The notes under the pieces were generated by a model that ran no database searches, was not told the origin of the DNA, and saw only the letters and a program-made list of their open reading frames with translations. A program made the position numbers and the translations under genes. This document shows, piece by piece, positions 13,564-27,909 of a stretch of 64,000 bases of DNA (its first letter is position 1; each line of letters begins with the position of its first letter). This stretch comes from Octopus sinensis (Eukaryota). The DNA lies in NCBI RefSeq assembly GCF_006345805.1, contig NC_043008.1, forward strand, positions 59,954,001-60,018,000, written 5' to 3'.

Positions 13564-13971
13564 TTTTCTTATTTTTGCTCTAGACACAAGGCTCGAAAAT
13601 TTTGGGGAGAGGGCTAGTCGATTAGATCGACCCCAGTGCGTAACTGGCAATTAATTTATCGACCCCGAAAGGATGAAAGGCAGAGTCGACCTTGGCGGAA
13701 TTTGAACTCAGAACATAAAGACAGATTAAATACCTATTTCTTTACTATCCACAAGGGGCTAAACACAGAGAGGACAAACAAGGACAGACAGACAACGGAT
13801 TAAGTCGATTATATCGACCAGTGCGTGACTGGTACTTAATTTATCGACCCCGAAAGGATAAAAGGCAAAGTCGACCTCGGCGGAATTTGAAGTCAGAATG
13901 TAGCGGCAGACGAAATACCGCTAAGCATTTCGCCCGGCGTGCTAACACATTTGCCAGCTTGCCGCTTTCTC
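13564..13971 (-). mobile_element. SINE family B dimer
   Basis: Two tandem bodies with one head, flanked by tagctgtagt at 13554-13563 and 13972-13981. Confidence 0.85.
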
Positions 13972-14177
13972 TAGCTGTAGTATTTCAGAGTTGGAGGTAT
14001 GTGGAATACGCCAATCACCACAACGAACACTTTATGGCTCTTAGAGCTCTGTCACTTGTGTGCCATTGGGCTGTATTCACTCGACATTAATGTAGGAGTA
14101 ACACAAGGTTTATTTCAAAGTGAGGAAGAGCTGAACATTTCAGACCCGTACTATCATTCTCACATAATTATATCGTA

Positions 14178-14535
14178 GACTAGCAGTATCGCCCGGCGTT
14201 GCTCGAGTTTGTTTCGACCCTTTAGAATTGGAATTTTTGAAAACTAAAAATTTTGCATTATATAGCTTGTTATTCTCTTTAAGTGAACATTTTTCTGGTT
14301 GAAATACACCGAAAAATGGCGGCACAGCAGTAAAAAAAATCGTAAAAAATCGGGATTTTCATAGAAAAAATGCACCGATTTGAATTTTTTCTTCAACGCA
14401 AGGAAGAGCAAGCCTTCTTCTATCATACTCTCAATTTTGGTCAACTTGCGCCGCACGGTCTTGGAGGAGATAGTGTTAGTTGAAGGCTACCAAACCTGCC
14501 ATACTCAGACAACTTCAGCTTTATATATAGAGAGA
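14178..14535 (+). mobile_element. Non-autonomous Helitron-like element, copy 1
   Basis: Starts actagcagtatcgcccggcgttgctcg and ends cagacaacttcagctttatata. A closely related reverse copy lies at 32790-33179. No TIR or TSD is visible; the superfamily call is inference. Confidence 0.6.
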
Positions 14536-15646
14536 TAAGAGCAAATTAAGACAACTGAGTTTGTATGAGAATGCAGTGGATTCCCAAAGTGGCTGAAGAG
14601 ATATCCAGGATTCGACTTATTGTCTAACTCAGTGAGAATCCAAGCCGAAATCACTCAAAAAATTCCAGATGTTTTTCCCTACTTCATAGGTTCTGGCCTA
14701 GCATGGCAGTATGTTGCTGCTTGCATCAGTTTCCACTGCTTGACAACCGGTATTGGTACGTTTACGTCTTCGTAAATTAGCGGTTCGGCAAAAGAGCCCC
14801 CCAGAAAAAGTACCGGACTTTACAAAACAGTAACAAGTACTGGTGTCAATTCATTCGAGTGAAACACTCGAAGGCTGTGCTCCAGCACGGCCGCAGTCTA
14901 ATGACTGAAACAAGTAAACGATAGACAGTAAAAGACACTAAACATGTGTACCCCACCGCCGTGCACACACTCACACACATAACGTGGACATACGTACATT
15001 AATATAGTGATTTCAAATTTTGGCACAAGGCCAGCAATTTCAGGCTAGGGTTAAGTCGATTACATCGGCTCCAGTGTTCAATTAGTACTTGTTTTCTCGA
15101 CCCCGAAAAGATGAAAGGCAAAGTCGACCTCGGTGGAATTTGAACTCTGAACATGGGGACGGGCGAAATGCCGTTGTGCATTTCACCCGGCGTGCTTAAC
15201 GATTCTGCCAGCTCGCCGTTTTATATGCGTATTTTAATATATTCTTTTCTACTTTAGGCATAAGGCTCAAAATTTTTGGGGAGTGGGGCCAGTCGATTAG
15301 ACCAATCCCAGTACGCAACTGGTACTTAATTTATCGACCCCGAATGGCTGAATGGCAAAGTCGACCTCGGTGGAATTTGAACTCAGAATCAGAACGTGGA
15401 GACGGATGAAATGCCATTGTGCATTTCATCCGGTGTGCTAAGGATTCTGCCAGCTCGCCGTCTTATATACGTAAATTAATATATTAGTTGCACTGTTTTC
15501 ATCTGCCCTTTATCGCATTTTTATATTGCAGTTTTTTCTGGAATCATACTCTTCCCTCAGAAAACCTTGTGCATTTACTAGTTTAGTTGCTAACGATCAG
15601 ACATTGTATGTCTGTATGTGTGAGTGTGTGTGTGTGCGTGTGTGTA

Positions 15647-16042
15647 GGCGTAGGAGTATCTGTGTGGTAAGTAGCTTGCATACCAACCACATCGTTCCGG
15701 GTTCAGTCCCACTGCGTGGCACCTTGGGCAAGTGTCTTCTACTGTAGCATTGTGAGTGGATTTGGTAGACGGAAACTGAAAGAAGCCCGTCGTATATATG
15801 TATATATATTATGTGTGTATGTGTGTATATATGTTTGTGTGTCTGTGTTTGTCCTGCAGCATCGCCTGACAACCAATTCAGGTGTGTTTACGTCCCCGTA
15901 ACTTAGCGGTTCGGCAAAACAGACCGATAGAATAAGTACTAGGCTTACAAAGAATAAGTCCTGGGGTCGATTTGCTCGACTAAAGGCGGTGCTCCGGCAT
16001 GGCCACAGTCAAATGACTGAAACAAGTAATAGAGTAAAAGAG
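15647..16042 (+). mobile_element. SINE family A
   Basis: Head-to-tail match to 9304-9780. Confidence 0.85.
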
Positions 16043-16384
16043 TGTGTGTGTGTATGTGTGTGCGTGTGAGTGTGTGTGCGTGTGCGTGTGTGTGTGTGTG
16101 GTGTGTGTGTGTGTGTAGCTGTACATTTAAAAGCAAAGCGATGATATGAATGTTTTGTCCTACATATTATAAATGTATTTGTTCATTATCACGAAAAGCT
16201 TCGTTGTTATTTACCTGAGGAAAAAAATATCTTTTGAAATTGAAGAAAACAACAACAGTAACAACAACAACAAACAAGAATGTTAAGGAACGAAATATAA
16301 CGAATATAAGTGACTGTATGTGTTGTAGAGACGATTGTTCATGTCACTGATAGCTATGAGGATGGTGATGTTGATGTTGATACT

Positions 16385-16523
16385 GATGAAGGAAGATGAT
16401 TAAGGTAATTATACTGACGAGGATGTTGCTGGTGAATAGCTTGCTAATGACGATGTTGATGACTAGGGTAAAGTTACAGATGCTGATGGTGGCCATGAGG
16501 ACGATGATGGCGATGATGATGAC

Positions 16524-16564
<41 letters not shown>

Positions 16565-16685
16565 GAATGAAGAAGGTGACGACAACGAAGAAGAAGAATG
16601 GGAAGAAGTGGAAGAATAAGAGGAAGAAAAAGATATATAAGAAGAAGAAATAGAAGAGGAGGAAGAAGAAGAAATAGAAGAAGGG

Positions 16686-16738
<53 letters not shown>

Positions 16739-17230
16739 AGAAGAAGAAAAGAAGAAGAAGAAGAAGAAAGGAAGAAGAAGAAGAAGAAGAAGAAGAGAAG
16801 AAGAAGAAGAGGAGAGGAAGAAGAAAGGAAGAAGAAGAAGAAGAAGAAGAAGAAGAAGAAGAAGAAGAAGAAGAGGGAGAGGAAGAAGATATTGATGATG
16901 ATGATAGTAACGATAAAAATGATGATTATGAGAACCAAGAAGAGAAAGAAGAAGGAATGAAGAAGATAGTGATTATGATGATGATGATCATGATGATAAT
17001 GATGATGAGAGTAACGATGAGAATGATGTTGGTGATGATTATGATGAGAATGAAGAAGAAGCAGAAGGAGGGGAAGAAGAAGAAGATGATGATAATGCTG
17101 ACGATGACGACGACGACTCTGACGACAACGCCTAAGACGATGATAATGATGCTATTCACACAGAAGGTGATATTCATGATAATGATGATGGTAATGGTGG
17201 TGATGACGACGACGATGATGACGATAAGGT
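16385..17230. repeat. Compound trinucleotide array (GAT)n-(GAA)n-(GAT)n
   Basis: ~850 bp; accounts for the poly-M/R/K/E and poly-L/F/S ORFs in this interval. Confidence 0.97.
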
Positions 17231-17530
17231 GAATAACATCAAATAAATTGCAAACACGGTAGTAGTTGAACAATTAAAATTATAAAGATGCTGCTAGAAA
17301 CCGTTAATTAAAAATGATGCAGCATTCGATTCGTGTACATAAATGTATGCACACCACATGTGGGATCATACACGCACATACTCCCCCCCCAAACACTTAT
17401 ATATACACTATACATAGGCATGCTCAAAGCCATCAACATACATATGTAATATATATAATCTATTGTTTGTGTGTATGTGTTAATGTAATATATATATATA
17501 CCTATATCTATGTTATACATGTATGTATAT

Positions 17531-17563
<33 letters not shown>

Positions 17564-17846
17564 TATCAATATCTATGTAAGTGTATATCTATATAAATAT
17601 CTATTTATAAAATGGTATTTATATGTGTATGCGTGTGTGTGTGTCTATGTGTGTGTGTGTGTGTGTGTGAGTGCGCGTGCTTGTGTGTACAATGACAAAT
17701 CTAAAATAAAGTTAATTATTTGAAAGTGAAAATAATAAAGGAACCTTTGCCAAAATAACAAGCATGCTTTGACTGTATCTGAAATATCTTTGCTCTAAGT
17801 TTGCATATAAATAAATTTATACATACACATATGTGTGTACACACAT

Positions 17847-17895
<49 letters not shown>

Positions 17896-18043
17896 TACAT
17901 ACATAAATATATATGTCTATATGTATATATCTATATCAATATCTCTCTCTCTCGCTCTCTCTTTATGTATATATATGTGTCCGTGTGTGTAAATATGTAT
18001 ATGGCTATGTTCACACACACTCACATACGCATATGTATATATA

Positions 18044-18098
<55 letters not shown>

Positions 18099-18138
18099 AA
18101 TATATACATACATAAATATATATGTCTATATGTATATA

Positions 18139-18173
<35 letters not shown>

Positions 18174-18259
18174 GTATATATAAACATGTGTGTGCGTGTG
18201 TGTAAATATGTATATGGCTATGTTCACACACACTCACATACGCATATGTATACATATAT

Positions 18260-18305
<46 letters not shown>

Positions 18306-18778
18306 ATATATATTCATCTGTTAGTTATGTATTTTTCTTTCTTTCGGTATTTAAAATCCAATTTTGCAATCACACTTACGTGTTACTGCTTCATTTACAA
18401 TTTAGAAATTTCAATTCTAAAAATTGGGATTTAAAGTAAAGTAAAAAAAAAAAAAATTAAATACAACAACAACAACAAAAATGAAAAATAAATCCGAAAC
18501 TAAAATGATGATGACGATGACAATGTTGCTGATACTGAAGGGGAGTCAGAGGATCAGGATGATGATGACGATGACAACGATGAGTTTCATGCTGAAAATT
18601 TGAGGTTTTAATGACAGCATAGCAATAACAATATGTTGAATCAGTAAAATAATGGAAATATAGAGCATATAATCAAAATAAATGAACTAAAAAGACAACG
18701 GCATACCAAAACACATGCATAGACGAATCCATTACACACACACGCGACACACAAACATATAATATATATATATATATA

Positions 18779-19086
18779 TATCTTTATATATAAAAGTGAA
18801 GTTGTGTGAGTGTCTGTCTCCTATGATTTAGATTCCTAACTACTCCCACATTTTGCGGTGCAGTTTAACCAAAACCGGGTATCTTATAGTCGTGATTCAT
18901 ATCGAGCCCTTCTGGGTATTAGCGCGTGTCTACGATGAGTCTACGATTAAAAAAAAAATTTACCATCATTTTTTTCCCATTTTTAATGCATTTTTTTTTG
19001 CTATTATATAAGGGAAGTAACTCTCTAAAAATGCTTATATAGTTATTTCCCTTACAAACACGAGCAACGCCGGGTGATACTGCTAG
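18779..19086 (-). mobile_element. Related Helitron-like element (same termini, different interior)
   Basis: Plus strand: tatataaaagtgaagttg ... gagcaacgccgggtgatactgctagt. Confidence 0.55.
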
Positions 19087-19350
19087 TATATATATATAGG
19101 AATATACGTACGTAGAGGAGTACATATACACATACACTAATATATGTATGAAGTTTTATATTCGTTAATCGCTTGAAAGTTACCAAAATGCTTAAATAAA
19201 GAACTTGGCGCTTCGTGCTCACTACTTATCATTTTAACTTATGAGGAGTTTGTTATATAGTGTCAATAAATATTCTGGAATGTTTTCTAAAATTTTATAA
19301 AGGAGACTGAAGTGATAATTAGATAATTAGTAAATCTATCTATCTATCTA

Positions 19351-19714
19351 TACTCTTTTACTCTTTTACTTGTGTCAGTCACTTGACTGTAGCCATGCTG
19401 GAGCACGGCCTTTAGTCAAGAAAATCGACCCCAGGACTTATCCTTTGTAAGCCTAGTACTTATTTTAGCGGTATATTTTGCCGAACCACTAAGTAAACAC
19501 ACCAAGCGATGTTGGGGGACAAACACAGAAACACAAACACACACACACACACATATATATATAGGACTGACTTCTTTCAGTTTCAGTCCACCAAATCCAC
19601 TCATAAGGCTTCTTATAGTAGAAGACACTTGGCCAAGGTGCCACGCAGTGGGACTGAACCCGGAACCATGTGGTTCGTAAGCAAGCTACTTACCACACAG
19701 CCACTCCGACACCT
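19351..19714 (-). mobile_element. SINE family A
   Basis: Reverse match to the family consensus. Confidence 0.8.
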
Positions 19715-20887
19715 ATACTATCTATATATTTTATAACCTATTTCTTTATTTCATTAATGTATTTAACGGTGGCCATTCTAGAGTACTGCCTTGAAGTATT
19801 TTAGTCGAATGAATTGGCTGAAGTAGTTATTTTTAAATCTGGGGCTAATTCTACCGATCGCTTTTGCCGAACTTCTCAGTTAACAGGAACATAAACACGC
19901 CAACCACAGTAGAATCCATATAATATTTGTCCTTCACACCCTTTGATATATATAAAGGCCCATGCACTCATATGCATGTACACGACCACACCTGGTTTTA
20001 AATTTTATCCTTTTCACTTCTCTTACCGCTCCTGCACCTCTACTGTATTTCACGCTTACCTTAATCCCGATACCATTCTAGAAGGAAATATTTTATATAC
20101 TTCGGTGGATGTTCTGTGCAGTGCCATTTTGGAGACAGGACAGGACAATGGTTATGGTGGAAAATAATTTTCCTCGGTGCTCTACAGTGGTATCGAACTC
20201 GCAATCACGAGCTTGCTAAGCGAAATAACTTAAACTACATAGCCATATCTAAAAAATCATTATTGTTATTTCAGATGATAAATTAACACTAAATATCAAT
20301 TTGTTTTTAAAATAATCGAAAACAGTGAAGTATTTCTGTTCAGTTCCCTCTAATCTAATTTTCGATCTAGAAAAAAAACAAAAAAAAAAAACAGAGCGCA
20401 TTCGTATTCAAAATCATCGATAATCGATATGTTCCTATAATCAGGTGATCGTCATTTCTGCTCCTGATTTTATTAAAAGATTTGCCCTTCATAACTCCCT
20501 TCTTATAATCAACGGAAGGATATTTAGAAATATCTCGCTTCCCTTCATAACACAAACAAGGTTATTAAATACATTTGTTTCAACTTTGGTTCACCAAAAT
20601 TCAGTGCAAATGTTATGGTAAACTATTCTACAGAAATATATATTCGTTTCGCACCTTTCCTGCTCTCTTCTTTTTCTAAACACATACATGTATATATGTC
20701 TGTTTAAGGTGTTTTCTGTGTACGTGGTGTAAGAATATATATAATCAAAATACACATGTAAACTCACACACACACTCACATACTCACATACATACACACA
20801 CACACACACACACTGGAAGAGGCGTGATGGTTAGAGTTTGCGATTCAGGGATGTGCTGAAGAGATATTAAGAACACCGGTGAACAAA

Positions 20888-21120
20888 GGCGGCGAGCTGA
20901 CAGAAACGTTAGCAAGCCGGGCGAAATGCTTAGCGGTATTTCGTCTGCCGCTACGTTCTGAGTTCAAATTCTGCCGAGGTCGACTTTGCCTTTCATCCTT
21001 TCGGGGTCGATAAATTAAGTACCAGTTAAGCACTGGGGGTCGATGTAATCGACTTAATCCGTTTGTTTTTCCTTGTGTTGTCCCGTCTATGTTTAGCCCT
21101 TTGTGGGCAATAAAGAAATA
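20888..21120 (+). mobile_element. tRNA-derived SINE family B monomer with target-site duplication
   Basis: Head ggcggcgagctg..gaaacgttagc, B box gttcaaattc, body gaggtcgactttgcctttcatcctttcggggtcgataaattaagtaccag. aagaacaccggtg is duplicated on both sides. Further copies lie near 165-380(-), 10787-11278(+), 15012-15465(-), 26045-26245(-), 30577-30800(+), 45140-45275(+), 52370-52580(-) and 57110-57320(+). Confidence 0.88.
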
Positions 21121-21856
21121 AGAACACCGGTGTAACGCAGATACCTGGAAGAGAAGGCTCTGACCGCTGAAGCTCGTAATTGTAGCGTCTGACAAGAAAG
21201 AACAGAGAGCATACGTGAGGAGAAAAAGCACATGAGAGCATCACTTCTCCGTTGCGTCAAGTAACTTCACTTGCAGCAGATGTCATCGTTACCGCAGATC
21301 AAGAACAGGTCTTGTAGCCCACAATTTGCTTTACGGGAAGGACTGTTTCATGAAGTCGTGTCTTGTCCTTACCTTCGTAACGCAGAGTAGATAAAACAGG
21401 GACAACTGAAGAAGGGGAATATTCTTTATGTTGTATTTCTCGTTTCTCTGTTTGTTTTCTTTTTCGTTTTCTAAAAAAAGTACGTTTCTTTGTTTTTGTT
21501 TTTATGTTTTCGTTTCTCATTGTGTTCAATGTTTTTTTATGTCCTGTACCCATATATGCATGTATATATACATATATATGTAGGTTTGTACATATATGTA
21601 TATATGCATATATTCGTGTAACATCGTCCGTTTTTCCGTCCTTGTTTTGTATACATTCGAAGCTTTCTTCCAAAGAATCTAATGCGCTTAGCTTAGATTT
21701 TCCTTGGGGCTGGCCAGATTGGAGCAATCTCAAGATTAATCAGCCGAAATTGCGAGGATGATCCGGTTCTTGACTGAAGATTGAAGGCTTCGAATGTCCC
21801 GTCCGTGTTTTTTGTATCGTCTTCTAAATGTTTTGCGTCCTTGTCCCAGTTTGTAT

Positions 21857-21930
<74 letters not shown>

Positions 21931-22874
21931 ACACACACACACACACACATATATATATGTATGTATGTATGTATATATACACATGGATGCATACATAGAC
22001 ACATGCACACATACACAAATATGTATGTATGATTGAAAAATGCTGTGAGTTGCAAAACCAAATAGTTCGATTTGCATAAATACGTCTCTGGTGGCGAAAA
22101 AAAATATTCTGGCAATAGTTCTAGTGAATATTCGGTAAAGTAAAAATAAACAATATTCCTGGGAATTCTGACTACTTTATTTTATTAATATATGTGCGTA
22201 TGTGTGCGTGCGTGCGAGTGAGTGTATGTGTGTATGTGTGTGTGTGTGTGTGTGCAGGAATGTGTGTGCTTGTTCACGTATCCCAGACAATAATAATATA
22301 AATACATCTTACTGTAAAATGTCAAAAGGAAAAATAGTTATATTGAGTATGAATCATAGTGGGGGTTTCTAAATTGTTTCCTTTATGTCAAAATATTATT
22401 TGTTAAACCATATTTAGTAATTGCACTCTCTACACTGTGAATCTTCTCTCGAACTGATTTCCATGGCATTATTCCAGTAATTTTTGTATAGCAGATCTTC
22501 TAATTAGCTATTGCAGTTAATTTTATGAAACCTCCAGTGCAGGTTAAATTCAAAGAAATAGTTTATAGATGAAAGAAATAAAACCTTGCATGAAACAGCT
22601 GGAGTTGTCACCGTGTGGATAAGATCAATCTCACTCGTCACAGCAACACACAAGTCCTTTTCTTTCAATTGAATTTAATTAATTAAAATTTTCAGTGTTT
22701 TATGCCCTGTCAGAAAGTATCAATGAAGTTAGTTTTTAAGCTAATAATTGGTTCTTCCCGTCGCTGCTGAAGCTTTATTTGATTTAAATTTCTAGTCTTT
22801 GAATTGTATTGGGTTCTTCGTAATCGAAAGCTTTGATATCTCCTTAAAAATAAAGACTTTGTGACTAATCAAAC

Positions 22875-22960
<86 letters not shown>

Positions 22961-23047
22961 TGATCTATCTATCTGTCTATATAAGAATTTTTTGTGTAAT
23001 AAGATAAAAAACCAAGGGTGTATAGATATTAGAGCATTTATAGATAG

Positions 23048-23099
23048 GTCTTACAGCTGTTTCTAGAATATTAATTAATATTATCCCTTCATCGGAGAC
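23048..23099 (-). ncRNA. Hammerhead-like motif with U4C core change in a PLE-like remnant between (CTAT)n tracts
   Basis: Minus strand: GTCT-CCGATGA-AGGGATAATATTAATTAATATTCTA-GAAACAGCTGTA-AGAC; palindromic ACAGCTGT stem III; stem II closure is imperfect. Confidence 0.55.
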
Positions 23100-23134
23100 G
23101 GTGTGAGAGGAAAAATTAGTTAGTTTCGATGTGA

Positions 23135-23216
<82 letters not shown>

Positions 23217-26200
23217 ACACAAGCCCTCAGAAGCAAGACTGCTATCCCTATCCCTTTATCATACTTTAGTCTCTCAACACCTTTGAATAAAACCATCTAC
23301 TTCTCTACTATAACCTCACTTAGTCATAGGCCTTTTCTTTGCCTTGTGAGTTACTTGGCAATCTCACTAGTGCTGATGCCACGAAAAAACGTATCCACTA
23401 CACATTGTCAAGTGATACAACCCGCAATAGCATGGAAGACACACGTTAAACAAAGATAATGTGATATCTATATTGATCACAAATAAGTAAAGTGACTTGA
23501 ATAAATGCAATGCAACGTAGGATTTATCGAGCATGTTATACAGTCAAGCATTTACATTTTTTATTCTTTTTCATATTTCAGTCATTGTATTGCACCCATG
23601 CTGGGGTATCCCTTAAAGAATTTCATCCGATACTCATTCTCGTGGTATGCGTTGTCGAACTACTAACCCACGGGGATATAAATCAACTAAGGCACGTTGC
23701 CAGCTGATGTGGGGTCAGACGTGGAATCGTTTAAAAAAACACATACATACATCCATTTATACGTTGGTAGACAGGTAGATACAATGGCCTTCACCAAACT
23801 TTTCTGTTTACTAAATTCACTCAAAAACAAATTTGTTAATCCGGACAATAGTAGAAGATATGTGCCTAAGGTACAGATCTGTGGGACTGAACCAGAAGCC
23901 ACAAGGTTCTGAAATAAATTTCATAACCACACAGCCATACTTATTTGTGTATCACACATTTACTGATGTTAAATCATGATGGATCATACTTATTTATGAA
24001 TCATTTATGTAACCACACAGCCAAACTCCATTTATGTATCACACATTTACTGATGCTCAATCGAAATGGATCCCCGTTGGTTACGGTGGTGCATATTCAG
24101 TCTTTTGATTAACCACCAATGAACCACCTGTTCATTGAATTAGTATGTAAATGGCTGCGCATTCCACCTATCCATGAATTCTTAACGTAATTCCGATGTG
24201 GCATTCGTGTGAGACTACATGACATGCAGGACCTTTAAATTATAGGGCTTTCATACTGCTTTCATCTCCCCTATTTCGCTCACATGTTTTGGGTTGACCT
24301 GGTGTTATTGTACAATAACTGGCCCAAACGCCATACTGCGGGATCGAACTCAGAATCGCATAAATGTGGAGTGAACAGAACTTTTAAAGCAAACAAATAA
24401 GTTTATTTTGGTTAGACAAAAAGATGTTTTTAAGAGACATGAAAGAGGATTCCTTTAGTAAAAAAAAATCATTGTATTACTAATGTGTATGTGAGCCCTT
24501 AAGGGAGCTTATAAGCTGTCAGTACCTCTATTAGAAATAGCAGCCAAATCTCCCTGAAATCATACCCCTTTTAAGAAAAGGGCACAGACGGTTTAGCCTA
24601 TTCATAGGAAACCTGTAGTTCATGGAACTTTCTGAATTGTACGCCTAACGAAAAATTGTCTTGTATAGTTTGTAGTGCGGCCCGCTAAATGATGAGCTAT
24701 TTATCATGAGGCCCGCTTCTCGAAAAAGGTTGCTGATGCTTGTTTTAGACTTAGACATACTTATTTTTGAATAAAAAATTGGAAGGAATGGCCACGGGAG
24801 GAACGTACTTGATTATAATGACTTTCATTTGAAGTTGAACCAGAGATTTACAATCACAGACATAATTACAGAAAACTGGTATTTCGAAGATTTCGGAAGA
24901 CAACTCGAAATATTATACAGACGTCGTCTACTAAAACTATATTGAATTTGAAAGAAAGCTGGCCGTAGTCTGCTAAAACTTTATTGTATTTGACATGAAG
25001 ACAATCTCTCTCTTAAAACATAGCCTACAGCCTCCAAAGAGGAGACATTGAATAATGTAGTCAGAGGTGTAGTATTCCTAAAAACAAAAGACGATGGAGA
25101 AACAATGGCTTGAATGCCTTTGATCATAGGTCTGGTCGATCAGAGCCGAATTGGCAGCCATAGTGGGAACTGTGACTAATTAGCTCATTGATCTAATTTG
25201 ATTTATCTCTGAGCTAATTATTCCTTAACAACAATAACAACAACAACAACGACGACGACGATCACCACCACCACAGCAATAACAAAAACAAGAACTCACT
25301 ACACTATTATAGTAAAAACATAGTGAACAGACTCTAGTTCCTTCTTAGAACTATTGAAAGGTCGAGTCGTCGCCGAAGTCTTTTCGTTAAAAGTGGGGAC
25401 AGACTTTGTCGCAGATATACATATAAATAAGTAACCGTAGAGGCAAAGTCAAGAAGTTATCTGTCGTACGGTTGTACGACAGTATACCAGAATTGTCCCA
25501 ATATATTACTGAGTGTATTACAGAAGATTAAAAACTAAATTAAAACTCAGCAGAACTTCTCCGCCTTGAGAGGACATAGCTCCGGTACTACGTATATGTG
25601 GTAAGAACGTAGCAGGAATGAATCGTAAGGCGGATTCTTCATGTCGACCGAACCGGCAGGAGACCCAGTGGCGGACCAAGAATGAGATGTTTGTACAAAG
25701 TCCATAGTTTCAGTCGATTATGTTTGGGAATCCAGACAGAAAATCTAAAGATAGTCGCTTTGATAGGACCCTCTAGAAGAAGTACCTGAGGGCTCTATGG
25801 CCTCGACCAATCCAAGAATAGAGGGCAGAGAAAATGAATAGATGGATAGATGGAGAGCTCGAACTCAGAATATGATGTGTCATAACTAAATACTGCAATG
25901 CATGTAGTCGATTTTTTTTTATCTTAGCATTTTTGGCATTCATCAAACATACGTTTGTAACTGTAGATAGAATTTACATATGCCATTCATTATAGAACTG
26001 TCGCTATCAGTCATCAGCCATACTGTGATAATACTCCTTCCTACTACAAGCACAAAGTTTGAAGTTTGGTGGAGAGGGGAGGGGCCAGGCGATTGCATCG
26101 GGCCCAAAGCTCAACTGGTACTTAATTTATCGACCTCGGAAGAATGAAAGGTAAAGTCGACCCCGCAGTATTTTGAACTCAGAATGTAAAGATGGATGAA

Positions 26201-26244
26201 ACAGTGCTAAGCATTTTGTCGGACGTGCCAACCATTCTGCCATC

Positions 26245-26580
26245 TCGGTATCTTATACAGGAGGAATAACAGAAATAATCTAATTTTTCTAGCACACACC
26301 AGCCATGACATATTAACAGAAGTATAATCAACTGCTTATACCATTCACCAGCCATGCAATTGTAGCAGCAGAAATAATTTAGCTCTTCTATCATTCATCA
26401 GACATGCAATGGTGTGACAGAAATGATCAACTGTTGCTACCATTCATCAGCCATGGATTGGTAACAATAGAAGTAATCTACCGCTTCTACCATTCACCGG
26501 TCGAACAATGATAACAATATCCACAACTCAGTGCTTCAGTCACACACCAGGCATGCAATAGTAGCTTCAGAAATAGTTTA
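26245..26580. repeat. Degenerate ~49-50-bp minisatellite (6-7 units)
   Basis: Units ccattca(c/t)cagccatg...cagaaat...cta start at 26341, 26391, 26440 and 26490. Confidence 0.75.
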
Positions 26581-27289
26581 TCTTACCTGGATCATTTCGA
26601 GGTTTGTCTGAAAATGGAAATAGAATAAAAATGATACATAAAATAAAAATTATTGCGAAACATATAAGAAGCCGTTGAAATATAATTAAGTACTTAGAAA
26701 TTTTTCTTATACTTCATTGTATAAGCTTTCAAACTGTTAAATTAACAAGATCATGTGTCCATACATGGTCATTGGTTCTAGCAGAAATACTAACCGAATT
26801 TCCAACGCAGCGTCTTAAAAATGCTAGAACACATTGCATAATGTAGTTATAGATATACTACTTACTCTAAAAATATTCTTACACCTAGAGTTTATGTGGC
26901 ATAGTGCCACTGGACAAGAGAAGAACCAAGTGGTTAAGAAACAGCGAATTTTTTTCTCTTTTTGGTCCTGATATTTTGGGGCATGGCACTAATAGATTTT
27001 ACCGACTGCAGTGCTCCAAAGGTACTTATTTCATCGACTTCGAAAGGATAAAAAGCAAAGTCGACCTATGCATCATTTTAACTTTGAACGTAAAGTCGGA
27101 AGGAATATTACTAAGGATTTTATCCACTATGCTAACGAACCTGCCATTTTGCAGATATACACACAATTCCCTTGATCAGCACAGACGTTCCTTTAATAGT
27201 CTCTGTCCCCCATTTACTGACTTCAACTCTGGAATTAATCAACCGCTGTTAACCACTAGTCTGTTAACATATTTTGAATCAGGTCGACC

Positions 27290-27620
27290 TTTGATCCTGT
27301 AAGTATTGTTGGTTCCCAGAGTAACGCAACTCTGATGAATTTGTTCCTGACCCGGAAGTAGTAAAACCTTGTAAAACGGAGTCTCCTCGCTCTGAACATC
27401 TCTGATATCAGGGAAGAATTCCAGTAGAGGTCTTCATTGGTTGCTCACTATTGCCATTCGCCATTCACGGCGCGTCGGAATAAGCGGGTATAGCATCCGT
27501 CTAATCGTTCCTACAACGTTTTTGTCAGGGCCCAAGTTTCAGTAATAACAGTAGATTTTAACTGATGTAAAATATGAGTATTTACTTAAATTGTTTAACC
27601 AGATGGTTATCTTTTGTCGA
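27290..27620 (-). mobile_element. Degenerate RTE-clade LINE, RT C-terminal fragment
   Basis: Minus-strand translation with stops: ETWALTKTL*ERLDGCYTRLFRRAVN..W...TNEDLY...ISEMFRARRLRF...LLWEPT. Confidence 0.7.
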
Positions 27621-27909
27621 TTATTATTCCTCGTTATTTGTCCATCTTAACACTCTGTCAGGTTTTGAGAGGACACAACGTGCTACTGGTAAGAGCTAAC
27701 AATATTTTGCTGGGACATAGTGTATCTAGGACTACATTATCTAATATGTTCTGGCTTTTTATTCTTAAGATCTAGAGCGTGTGTGAGTTTGCTCAGTAGT
27801 TCGCAGGTATAAAAAAATTAGCAAAATGCATAGCACTTGCTGATACCGAGTGAACCTCGCTTGTGCGTAATAGCTGTAGCATATTTATTGGTCTGTAATA
27901 TTATCTTTT

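Noticed and set aside
21395-21440. Hammerhead at GACAA-CTGAAGA-AGGGG
   Set aside because: No GAAA box or stem III follows.
24600-24742. hAT-like MITE (gcggcccg...aaaaaggttgctga)
   Set aside because: The left TIR and an 8-bp TSD could not be identified.
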